NCBI GenBank assembly: GCA_003232435.1
Contig: QIJL01000618.1
Coordinates: forward strand, 1-53,888
DNA: 53,888 nucleotides
Direction of reading: 5' to 3'
Source: Flavobacteriales bacterium
GTDB taxonomy: Bacteria > Bacteroidota > Bacteroidia > Flavobacteriales > Flavobacteriaceae
Below the pieces are notes generated by a model. That model was not told the origin of the DNA, made no database searches, and was given only the letters and a program-made list of their open reading frames with translations. Positions 9,158 to 18,084 of this stretch are shown here, one piece after another. Both the position numbers and the translations under genes were made by a program. Within the stretch, counting starts at the first letter, position 1. Each line of letters begins with the position of its first letter.

Positions 9158-9679
9158 ATGGACAGGTTTATTGATAAGATAGTGGGTGCTTTAACTACTT
9201 TCCTTCCTGGAAAGGAAAAAGTTGATTCCGGAATGGAATCTTTCCTCAACAAGGGCAATAATGGTATTCTGGTTTTATCGGTTTTGTTTTTCATCCCTTT
9301 TTTGATAGTCTCGGTATATCTGTACAACAACTTCGAGAATCGGTTATGGTCACTTGTTCCTTTAACAATATACGTTTGCATATATTTTTTGGTTGCTATA
9401 GCTATTCGAATGAGGAAAAGGTCGGGGATGTCAAAATCGAGGGTTAAAAGCAAACCGACTGGTTTTAACCTTGATCTTAACACACTTGTTATGAAAAAAT
9501 TATTTGGCTACCTGACCAAATACGAATATGTCAACGAAGAATTGACGAGCTATGAAGATTTTTACAAGGTAATGACCTATGACTTTGACCATGACCTAAA
9601 AGACAATTATGCCAATCTACCGAGCCAAACCTCAGCAAAGCAAGATGACCGCCCTTGGGAAAAATCAAAAGGAAACTAA
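9158..9679 (+). CDS. Hypothetical membrane protein, possibly a chimeric island remnant
   Basis: Two hydrophobic segments; lies directly downstream of the tRNA. Confidence 0.55.
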   Translation: MDRFIDKIVGALTTFLPGKEKVDSGMESFLNKGNNGILVLSVLFFIPFLIVSVYLYNNFENRLWSLVPLTIYVCIYFLVAIAIRMRKRSGMSKSRVKSKPTGFNLDLNTLVMKKLFGYLTKYEYVNEELTSYEDFYKVMTYDFDHDLKDNYANLPSQTSAKQDDRPWEKSKGN

Positions 9680-9782
9680 ACTACCATCGGCTAAAGACCG
9701 ATGGGTTTGGGTTCGCCCCCGCCTGCCATGCCTACGGCAGGTAAACCGACGAGGGATTCCCCCCCCAGAAGGATACATTAAT
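9678..9782. mobile_element. IS200/IS605-type hairpin remnant with nested CCTGCC...GGCAGG palindrome
   Basis: AAACTACCATCGG-ctaaaga-CCGATGGGTTT hairpin; cctgccatgcctacggcagg at 9722-9741. Confidence 0.5.
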
Positions 9783-9832
9783 GAGATACTGCATCAGTCG
9801 TTTTTTAGAACATAGCCAACAAAAATAAACAG

Positions 9833-10993
9833 ATGAAAACTAATCTAACAACACTATTGCAAGCAGCAATATTGGCCTTGGCAGTTTCCTGCAATACACA
9901 AACTACAATTAAGGAAGATACTGCTGGGCAATCGTCCAAAAGCACTTCTAATCTGGAGTATCTTAAAAGCATTAAAAAAATTGATGTGCACATGCATATC
10001 AAAAGTGAGCAGCAATATTTGATAGACTTTATGGATGATTGGAATTTTAAATTTTGCACAGTTTGTACCATTGGGTCACGCTTTAAATCCCTGCAAAGTC
10101 AAATTGATACGGCAAAAATGTTGTATAATAAAAATCCAAGGCATTATGCCTGGATTACTACTTTTGATGTGTCTAAACGGGATGAACCTGGTTGGGAAGA
10201 AGCAGTTATAGCAGAACTGAAGGATGATTTTGATAATGGTGCTGTAGGCGTCAAAATATGGAAATCGGTAGGTATGGAATTTAAAAAGCCCAATGGTAAT
10301 CATCTTCAGCTTGATGATCCAATATTCACTCCTATTTTCGAATTTATGGCCTTGAAAGGAAAAACACTGATGCTCCACATGGGCGAACCCATACATGCAT
10401 GGATGCCAACTTATACTACTGAAGATGGATTCGGAAGAAATTACTGGGCAAAGCATCCTGAATACAGTTTTTGGGATAAACCAGAACTGCCCTCGTACAG
10501 TGATATTTTAGCCGCTCGCGACCATGTGATAAAAAGACACCCCGACCTTAAAATCGTAGGAGCACATTTAGGTAGTATGGAATTTGATGTGGATGAGATT
10601 ATCACAAGGCTGGAACGTTATCCTAATTTTGCCGTGGAACTGGGTGGAAGAACCCGCTATTTTATGTGGCAGGCAAGAGGGAAAGTACAAGACTTCTTTC
10701 TCCGATATCAAGATAGGATAATGTATGGGATAGACAGGGGTTCCAGTGCAGTGATGACCTATGAAGAAAAGGTAGAAACGAGAAAGGAAATGGATTATAG
10801 GACGAACCTGTTTTTTCGTTACTACGCTACAAGCGATGAAATACCCTGGGGCAATATTATTTCTCATGACACCCCGCAGCCCAAAGCCACCTATACGGTG
10901 AAAGGCCTTAATTTACCAAAAGGAGTTTTGGATAAATTTTTTTATAAAAATGCGGTGCATTGGTTCCCGGGCATAGATAAAGATTTTCGTTGA
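9833..10993 (+). CDS. Amidohydrolase family 2 lipoprotein
   Basis: Lipobox AVSC, IDVHMH, LMLHMGE, VGAHLG, FFYKNA. Confidence 0.88.
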   Translation: MKTNLTTLLQAAILALAVSCNTQTTIKEDTAGQSSKSTSNLEYLKSIKKIDVHMHIKSEQQYLIDFMDDWNFKFCTVCTIGSRFKSLQSQIDTAKMLYNKNPRHYAWITTFDVSKRDEPGWEEAVIAELKDDFDNGAVGVKIWKSVGMEFKKPNGNHLQLDDPIFTPIFEFMALKGKTLMLHMGEPIHAWMPTYTTEDGFGRNYWAKHPEYSFWDKPELPSYSDILAARDHVIKRHPDLKIVGAHLGSMEFDVDEIITRLERYPNFAVELGGRTRYFMWQARGKVQDFFLRYQDRIMYGIDRGSSAVMTYEEKVETRKEMDYRTNLFFRYYATSDEIPWGNIISHDTPQPKATYTVKGLNLPKGVLDKFFYKNAVHWFPGIDKDFR

Positions 10994-11019
10994 GCAGATG
11001 CAATAGAATAAACTTATAG

Positions 11020-11071
11020 ACCTGAGTTCGACCTTAATTTCTGAAAATAGAACTTTAGGTCGAACCCAGAT
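11020..11071. repeat. 52-bp inverted repeat between convergent genes; same termini as the 46699 element; likely bidirectional terminator
   Basis: ACCTGAGTTCGACCT ... AGGTCGAACCCAGAT. Confidence 0.7.
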
Positions 11072-12373
11072 TTATACTTTCAACCATTTATCAAACCAAT
11101 CAAAAGCATCATTTTGCATATTATTATCGAATTTATGCCCTCCCGAATAGAATTTCCCACTATATTTATCAGAAGCATCCGCTTTTTTAAAAGCTTCTTT
11201 TAATATGTTGTTTGCTCTTTTCATTTCCGGCAAACTATATAAACCATCCTCATTACAACTTAATACCATTGTTGGTAAGGGCACTCGTAATCCTAATATT
11301 TCTGAAAAATCAAGATGTCTTGCCAATAATGGAGTAAAGGTCATCCAAGTATGTGCAAAAGATTTATTGAGAATAAGATCTCTCCAAGTTGTCATAAACC
11401 CTACACTAATGGCACATTTGATCCGTTCATCCAATCCACCTAAATAATTTGTGCGTAAACCTCCACCCGATAGGCCACAACAACCTATTTTGTCTGCATT
11501 GACATCTGGTCTATTGCACAAAATATCCAAAGCTTTTTGGTCTTCATATAAAGTCACACCGGGCCAGGTGGTTCCTGCACTAAACAAAGATTTGGCCATG
11601 ATATGTTCATGCTCGGCGGCCCACGCATTATAAATATCGATGTTTTCTTGTTTTTCGGGGTTCTCGTCCGATTTACCTTCAGTTTTACAATCTCCCCATG
11701 GAATAGGAGTCATATCTTTATATTTCACCCTCCGAGAACCAAAAGTAAAAGTATCGTGAACCAATACCACAAACCCTTTTTTGGCTAGATCGTTGGCCCA
11801 TGCCTTTCCCGAATAATATGATAGCTGATGATCGATCATATCAGGATGCATTTCATTTGAAGTTTTGGTTATTTTTCTTTTCCCAAAATATTTCTTTCCT
11901 CCATGATCATGCAAACCGAGTATAGCGGGTAGTGGCTCTTGGGCATTGACAGGTTTTAATAATATTGCTTCGGTCTTTCTTCCATATGGTAATTGCCATT
12001 CTAATTCTTCAATGGTTAATCCATCATATTCGTATGCTTTTTTAACGATTACATTCGGAATTTCATCTCCTTTTGAGGGAGCAGCAACTAGTTCTTTGGT
12101 TTTTTCCAAAGCTTTTTCTTTCCAACTATTAATATCCGTCCATTGGTCATTTCGAAAAGATAAAGAAGGGGGGTCATTTACCAAATTAGCTGCCCAAGAC
12201 CCATATTCGCCTATGATACTTTTTCCTTCATTCAAAGTCTCGCTCATTTGATTCGTATGTATTGAAGAATTGGTAAAACTACTAAAAACAGGAGGGATAA
12301 AAGGAAGTACTCCCAATGTCGCCGCCGATGTCATAAACTCTCGCCTTGTTTTTTTATCGGATTTCGATTTCAT
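11072..12373 (-). CDS. Alpha/beta hydrolase (dienelactone hydrolase-like) with Tat signal
   Basis: TRREFM, LHDHGG, GLSGGG, GGHKF. Confidence 0.85.
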   Translation of the reverse strand: MKSKSDKKTRREFMTSAATLGVLPFIPPVFSSFTNSSIHTNQMSETLNEGKSIIGEYGSWAANLVNDPPSLSFRNDQWTDINSWKEKALEKTKELVAAPSKGDEIPNVIVKKAYEYDGLTIEELEWQLPYGRKTEAILLKPVNAQEPLPAILGLHDHGGKKYFGKRKITKTSNEMHPDMIDHQLSYYSGKAWANDLAKKGFVVLVHDTFTFGSRRVKYKDMTPIPWGDCKTEGKSDENPEKQENIDIYNAWAAEHEHIMAKSLFSAGTTWPGVTLYEDQKALDILCNRPDVNADKIGCCGLSGGGLRTNYLGGLDERIKCAISVGFMTTWRDLILNKSFAHTWMTFTPLLARHLDFSEILGLRVPLPTMVLSCNEDGLYSLPEMKRANNILKEAFKKADASDKYSGKFYSGGHKFDNNMQNDAFDWFDKWLKV

Positions 12374-12429
12374 AATATAAAGGTGGGTTCTAAAAATTCA
12401 TTTCTTTCAAAAAACAAAGATAAAGTAAA

Positions 12430-12618
12430 GAATCCTCGGGGCAAGCCCACGAGGCATTAAAATCCCAAATCCCAAGCACCAAATTCCAATTCGTGCAAAA
12501 GAGGATTTGTGAACCGTCCGCTTTACCTGCAGGAGGCATGGCAGGCGGGGTCCGTGCCCAAACATCACAGAAAATGAAACGAGGCAAGCCTCGGGGAATT
12601 AAACCCAAAGAGATTAAA
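12430..12618. mobile_element. Non-autonomous IS200-like element (two CCTCG/CGAGG hairpins) containing heptamer repeats and a CCTG...CAGG insert
   Basis: cctcggggcaagcccacgagg and cgaggcaagcctcgggga resemble the end hairpins of the IS200 at 46.1-46.7 kb. Both elements end in GATTAAA. Confidence 0.65.
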
Positions 12619-12746
12619 TCTGCTCGAAGTCGTAGTAAGACCTCTATCAGGGTTAAGCAAGGTAATGTCTGGCTCTCTGGACCCACGGTAATCGTTTTTT
12701 GATCTGGAATACAACTTCCTAAAACCAATAGTAGGGACATGAACAT
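12619..12746 (-). pseudogene. 5' fragment of a lipoprotein gene cut off by the IS200-like element
   Basis: MSLLLVLGSCIPDQKTITVGPES then reads into repeat-derived sequence (LIPRGLPR). Confidence 0.45.
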
Positions 12747-12787
12747 TCTTGATTTTACCGATATGCCGAACTTTTTTGCATTGTTAT

Positions 12788-13035
12788 CATTGTTGTCCGG
12801 TAAACTTTTTTAAAAGTTTAGACAATGCCCGTAATCATTAATCATCAATGCCGGATCGAAACTTGACACCTTGCTTTTGAGACTTTATACAATCTTCAGG
12901 GATAGCTAAGAAATCACCTGGTAGAGCTATTGATTTTCAAATAGCTGCAATTTAGTCTTACGTCTTATATCTAGTAGCGACCTGTACTAAGCTTGTCGAA
13001 GTAAGCGGTCTTACGTCTTTAACCGGACAGTACTG
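12788..13035. mobile_element. MITE, IS4-like CA...TG termini, 8-bp target duplication
   Basis: TIRs CATTGTTGTCCGGT / ACCGGACAGTACTG; ATTGTTAT at 12780-12787 and 13036-13043. Confidence 0.85.
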
Positions 13036-13370
13036 ATTGTTATCTATTATTTTTTCACCATTGCAATTAATTTTGGTTACACCCCTATTTTCCCAAACAT
13101 CGAGAATATTTTCGAAACGAAATAAGGCATTTCCTTTTTTTAATTTGCTTTTCATTACGAATACTTTCGGAAAGTGGTAAATTTTATATCATTTTGTTTC
13201 TTAACTTATATTAATGCCGTATATTCAATCTCAATATTTCGATTTTGTCGATTTATGTTTTGCAACGAGCCAGGGTTTTAGAATTCAGGAGATGTTTGTA
13301 ATTTAATCGATAAACTATAAAAACGGGTAAATGGTTTACTTCCTAGCCTTAGGGAACTTAAAATACAAAA

Positions 13371-14282
13371 ATGAACACTAAAAGCCCTTGGTTGCTATTT
13401 GCCTTGATAACAACTGTTTTTTGGGGCGTATGGGGTGCTTTTACCAGTCTGCCTTCAGAAAATGGCTTTCCCGATACCTTGATATACTGTGTGTGGGCGT
13501 TAACAATGATCGCCCCTGCCGTTTATGTTCTAAAACGTGTTGACTGGAAATTACAGACCGATAGAAAATCTATTTTAAATGGTCTGATTATCGGCTTGTT
13601 GGGAGCGGGCGGACAAATGATTCTTTTTTATGCCGTTACCATTGGCCCTACGTATTTGATTTTCCCGATTATTTCCCTGTCACCGGTTATCACCATCGTA
13701 CTTTCATTTTTATTTTTAAAGGAACGTACCGGCAAATTGGGTACTATTGGCATTGTATTGGCACTAGTGGCATTGCCTCTTTTTGAGTATACGGGCGAAG
13801 CAGGGCAGACTGCCGGAGAAAGTGGTGTTTTGTGGTTTGTACTGGCTATTCTCGTATTGGCCGCCTGGGGTATTCAAGCCTATTTCATGAAATCTGCAAA
13901 CCAGGTGATGAGTGCCGAAAGTATATTTTTCTATATGATGATCTCAGGAATCTTGCTTATGCCTATTGCGCTGTATATGACAGATTTTTCCCAAGAGATC
14001 AATTGGGGCGTTAATGGGCCTTATTTGGCCGCGGCGATTCAAATACTGAATGCTGTCGGAGCACTTACTTTGGTTTATGCTTTTAGGTATGGTAAGGCGA
14101 TGGTCGTTTCGCCATTGACCAATGCCGGAGCTCCGCTTATTACCTCAATAATAGCTATGATCTTAATAGGTGTTATGCCGGGAAATTATAAAATTGCCGG
14201 TATCGTTTTGGCCCTGATCGCAGCCTTTCTTTTGGCGATCGAACCTGAAGATGAGAAAGATGAAGGTAAAAGGGTAGAATAA
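13371..14282 (+). CDS. EamA/DMT family transporter
   Basis: About 10 TM segments with internal duplication (FWGVWG / AWGIQA; SPVITI / APLITS). Confidence 0.9.
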   Translation: MNTKSPWLLFALITTVFWGVWGAFTSLPSENGFPDTLIYCVWALTMIAPAVYVLKRVDWKLQTDRKSILNGLIIGLLGAGGQMILFYAVTIGPTYLIFPIISLSPVITIVLSFLFLKERTGKLGTIGIVLALVALPLFEYTGEAGQTAGESGVLWFVLAILVLAAWGIQAYFMKSANQVMSAESIFFYMMISGILLMPIALYMTDFSQEINWGVNGPYLAAAIQILNAVGALTLVYAFRYGKAMVVSPLTNAGAPLITSIIAMILIGVMPGNYKIAGIVLALIAAFLLAIEPEDEKDEGKRVE

Positions 14283-14316
14283 GTATTCTTCTAGTCAATT
14301 GATTTTGGCTATATTC

Positions 14317-14888
14317 TCATTTCTTTTCGCCTTTTGGCCGCCAGATCAATTGGGTGCCATCGAACCAACCCCAGCCAAATCTATCCGCACAATGCGATAT
14401 AAATTGGTATAGGTTTCCATCTATTGAGATGATGCCGTATCCATACCAATTCCATCCATCCCTGAGCTTTCCGGCAGGGGGAAACTTGGTTACAGCGTCC
14501 GGCTCAACAATAGGCCCATAAATTTCGGTCAGCCCGGTACGGGAATAGTCCGGAAAACCTTTCAACATTTCGGCATGGAAATCTCCGGTATCCGGGCCAC
14601 CTGTAATCCGCCAAACATGTGTGTTCTTAAATTCCCGTTGCTGTCCCCCTTTTCGTCTAGCCAGCCTCTCCCATCGCATTGGGCAGTATATAACGCACCA
14701 TCTGCACCCCAGGTCGAACACCAATTATCGCCCTTTTCACCAGATCTAAATATATTTGGGTCAAGATTTACGTCAACGGGATAGTTTTTAGAGTGCTGAC
14801 AGCAAATTGTCAATAGAATCATCATAGCAATAATCGGTATGGTCGCACCCCGTATTGTGGAGAGCCTATTGGATTTTAATTTATTCAT
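14317..14888 (-). pseudogene. Frameshifted, apparently truncated lipoprotein (DUF4185-like, tentative)
   Basis: ORFs 14562..14888 and 14317..14724 join at a G5 run near 14645-14649 (GDNWCSTWGADG...DGRGW / QREFKNTHVWRITG). Confidence 0.6.
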
Positions 14889-14957
14889 GCGATATGCTTA
14901 TTTATTAGTGAAACTCTCCCGAAGCTTCGGGACTGATCACACATTTCAAAACAGTCT

Positions 14958-15488
14958 CTAGGATAGATAGAGATCCACCAACCCCTCTGGGGTGGTAACA
15001 TAAATGGTCTTGTTCTTTCGGTCTACCTCAGTAATAATTTCATCCGTAATCGGAATCAACAGTTCCTTATCGACTTTTTCGATTTCGAAAAGTGCTTGTG
15101 AGGTATTGTCATTTACCCCGGTAATAATTCCGATATCGCCATGAACCGAATCTTGTACTGAAAAACCGATTACCTCATGGAAGTAAAATTTGTTTCCGGA
15201 TAGCTTTGGCAATAGTTGCAGCGGCAGATAAAGTTCAGAACCCATAATGCTATCTGCCCCTGCTTCATCATTGACCTCTTCAAAATCGATTCGAAGTAAA
15301 GAAGATTTATGAAGGCGACAGCTTTTAATGAAAAATGGAACCAGATTGTCCGCCGAAAGGCGGACAAATACTGATTCCATGTTTTCGTAAACTTCGGGCT
15401 CATCGGTATCTAACTTGACCAATACCTCGCCTTTAAAACTATATTTTGAAACGATTTTGCCCAGATAGAAACAATCCTCTTTGCGCAT
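14958..15488 (-). CDS. rimM: Ribosome maturation factor RimM
   Basis: LGKIVSKYSFKGEV, FYFHEVIGF, LLIP, PEGLVDL; directly downstream of rpsP. Confidence 0.97.
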   Translation of the reverse strand: MRKEDCFYLGKIVSKYSFKGEVLVKLDTDEPEVYENMESVFVRLSADNLVPFFIKSCRLHKSSLLRIDFEEVNDEAGADSIMGSELYLPLQLLPKLSGNKFYFHEVIGFSVQDSVHGDIGIITGVNDNTSQALFEIEKVDKELLIPITDEIITEVDRKNKTIYVTTPEGLVDLYLS

Positions 15489-15500
15489 CGTCTTTAATTC

Positions 15501-16337
15501 TTACTCTTCTTCGGTGGCAGCTTCTTCAGAATCTTTTTCTGCAGCTGGCTCTTCTGCTACTTCAGCAACATCTTCTTTGACTTCCTCTACGACCGCTTCT
15601 ACCTCAGGAACTGCTTCTTCCTTTACTTCCTCGACAGCTTCTTCAACTGCGGCGACAGCAGCTTCTTTAACTTCTTCCACGGCAGCTTCTGCTTCAGCAG
15701 GTGTCTCCTCAGTGGCAGCAACAGCTTCATCAACAGCGGCCTCAGGTTCCGATGACGCCTCTTCAGCCGGTGGTGTTTCCTCTGTTGTAGCCTCCGCAAC
15801 TTCGCCCTCGGCTACCGGAGCAGCTTCCGTTTCGGCAGCTACAGTTTCTCCTTCAGCTGTTTCAACTGCTTCCGCTTCTGCAGTCTCAGCTTCAACAGCC
15901 GCTAAAGCACGTTTTTCATTGGCTTCTTTCTCGGCTTTTAAAGCTTCGGCTTTTTCTTTTTCTTTTTCCCTCACCAGACCATCTTCTTTTTTGGCAACTA
16001 GCTTACCTTTTTCCTCCATCCAAGCGGTAAACTTCTTCTCAGCTTCCTCTTCGGAAAACGCACCTTTGGCAACACCGCCCAACAAGTGTTTTTTCATCAT
16101 TACGCCTTTGTATGATAAAATGGCCCTGGCCGTATCGGTGGGTTGTGCACCGTTCTGCAACCAATTTACGGTGTTGTCAATGTTGATGTCTATTATGGCG
16201 GGATTGGTATTGGGGTTATAAGTCCCCAATTTTTCAAGGTATTTACCATCTCTTTTCGAGCGTGCATCTGCTGCAACGATCCAATAAAATGGTTTTCCTT
16301 TTTTTCCGTGTCTTTGAAGTCTGATCTTAACTGGCAT
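15501..16337 (-). CDS. rpsP: 30S ribosomal protein S16 with long Ala/Glu-rich C-terminal extension
   Basis: MPVKIRLQRHGKKGKPFYWIVAADARSKRDG...GAQPTDT. Confidence 0.98.
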   Translation of the reverse strand: MPVKIRLQRHGKKGKPFYWIVAADARSKRDGKYLEKLGTYNPNTNPAIIDINIDNTVNWLQNGAQPTDTARAILSYKGVMMKKHLLGGVAKGAFSEEEAEKKFTAWMEEKGKLVAKKEDGLVREKEKEKAEALKAEKEANEKRALAAVEAETAEAEAVETAEGETVAAETEAAPVAEGEVAEATTEETPPAEEASSEPEAAVDEAVAATEETPAEAEAAVEEVKEAAVAAVEEAVEEVKEEAVPEVEAVVEEVKEDVAEVAEEPAAEKDSEEAATEEE

Positions 16338-16451
16338 ATCACATTAATTTGTAGGGTGCCCGACCCTGGTTATTAATTCTTTTGTCCTTTTAAAGGACGG
16401 CGAATATACTTCATTTCTTTAAATGGACAATATATTTGGATGATTTCCTTT

Positions 16452-17846
16452 TTACTCTCGATCCGCCAATTGGTCCTCGCCAGCAACCAATTTCGATTTA
16501 TGTTCGGCTACTAGTTCATTTATCTTTTGTAGCATCTCAGGATGGTCTGCTGCGATATCAAACTGTTCGGAAGGATCGTGACTTAAATTGTACAAAATAG
16601 GGGGGTTATGTTCTTCCCGTTCCCCGAATTGCCCATAAACCCCTTGGGTGATAAAGTGTGCTTTGTAATCGCCAAATCGGGCAGCATAGATTTCGGTACC
16701 GCGATAGTATATGATGCTTTTTCTAGCACTTTCTTTTTGTTCAAATAAAACAGGCCCCAAATCATGACTGTCTAGAATTCTATCATTGGGTAATTCCGCG
16801 CCGGCCATTTTGCTGAAAGTGGTAAAGAGGTCCATGGTTGAGCCTATATCCGAAACGACTGCAGGTTTGATTCTACCGGGCGACCAAAAAATTCCAGGTT
16901 CGCGCATACCGCCTTCCCAGGTAGAGCCTTTTCCTGCTCTGAGCAATCCCGCACTGCCGCCATTTAATTTAAAGGGTAGCCAGGGTCCGTTATCCGAAGT
17001 AAAAACGACGATTGTATTTTCTGCCAATCCCTCTTCTTTCAGAGTGGATAAAATCTTTCCAACGCCATTATCGATTTCCTCCAAAACATCCCCGTACAAT
17101 CCTCTTTCGCTTTTACCCTTGAACTTATCCGATACAAATAATGGAATATGAGGAAGGTTATGCGCTAAATAGACAAAGAAAGGGTTGTCTTTATTCTGCT
17201 TGATATAGGAAACGACTTCATCGGAGTATCGAGTGGTAATTGTATTTTGGTTGGCCGGTCGCTCGATGATTTTGGTATTTCGCAACAGGGGCACATTGAA
17301 ATGCTCTGTTTTTATCGAATCATCGGGTTGTTTCCAGTAGTCCCAATAATCCTTACCCGAAATTTTATCCATATCATTTGAATAAGGAATTCCGAAGTAA
17401 TAATCGAATCCATTGTTGGTGGGTAGATATTGCTCTTTATGACCGAGATGCCATTTTCCAATAGCCGCGGTTTTATAACCAACGGTTTTCAATTGCTCGG
17501 CCATGGTAATTTCACTAGCAGGCAATCCGTTTTTGGAATCTGGGAAAAGTACCCGATGTTTGCTACTTGCCATACCACTACGTACAGGTAATCTTCCTGT
17601 CAAGAGGGCGGCCCTACTTGGCGTACAAACACTAGCTCCTGCGTAAAAATTCGTCCATTTTTGACCCTCTTCGGCCATGCGATCCAAATTTGGTGTTTTG
17701 ATGGTCGGATGACCGTAGGTGCCCAAATCTCCATAACCAAGGTCATCGGCAAATATGATAATAAAGTTGGGTGGGCTTTGTTTTTCCTGACTTTGCAAAG
17801 TCGAGAAACATAATATTGTTAGTAGGAAGGTAAACAGGTTTTTCAT
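16452..17846 (-). CDS. Arylsulfatase (S1), secreted
   Basis: PNFIIIFADDLGYGD, CTPSRAALLTGR, GKWHLG, SDNG. Confidence 0.95.
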   Translation of the reverse strand: MKNLFTFLLTILCFSTLQSQEKQSPPNFIIIFADDLGYGDLGTYGHPTIKTPNLDRMAEEGQKWTNFYAGASVCTPSRAALLTGRLPVRSGMASSKHRVLFPDSKNGLPASEITMAEQLKTVGYKTAAIGKWHLGHKEQYLPTNNGFDYYFGIPYSNDMDKISGKDYWDYWKQPDDSIKTEHFNVPLLRNTKIIERPANQNTITTRYSDEVVSYIKQNKDNPFFVYLAHNLPHIPLFVSDKFKGKSERGLYGDVLEEIDNGVGKILSTLKEEGLAENTIVVFTSDNGPWLPFKLNGGSAGLLRAGKGSTWEGGMREPGIFWSPGRIKPAVVSDIGSTMDLFTTFSKMAGAELPNDRILDSHDLGPVLFEQKESARKSIIYYRGTEIYAARFGDYKAHFITQGVYGQFGEREEHNPPILYNLSHDPSEQFDIAADHPEMLQKINELVAEHKSKLVAGEDQLADRE

Positions 17847-17975
17847 TTTCTAAGTTTTTGCAAGATTTGAAGATACCAAATAATTGTAAGGAGCGAAAAA
17901 TGATTATTTCACATGGCGTTAATAACTCCTAACAACTACCCTTTTTCAAAGGGTCTCTTTTTACTATTTTTATCG

Positions 17976-18014
17976 GTCATTGCGAGTCCCGCCAAGGGCG
18001 GGAGGAAGTAATCT
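17976..18014. repeat. REP-like half element GTCATTGCGAG...GAAGTAATCT with nested hairpin CCCGCCAAGGGCGGG
   Basis: Read directly upstream of dnaE. Confidence 0.5.
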
Positions 18015-18084
18015 GTTTTTCAACAAACAGATTGCTTATTCGAAACAGTTTCCTGCCTTCGAAGGAAAGACAAAAAACTATTGT

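Noticed and set aside
12390-13155. Short ORFs 12390..12746, 12493..12702 and 12958..13155 (likewise 9609..9815, 41561..41800, 46739..46966)
   Set aside because: Translations are largely repeat-derived (LIPRGLPR, LPAGR, TSTGSAQV), not real genes.
15481-16221. 246-aa Ser/Ala-rich ORF on the plus strand
   Set aside because: Antisense shadow of the low-complexity rpsP tail.
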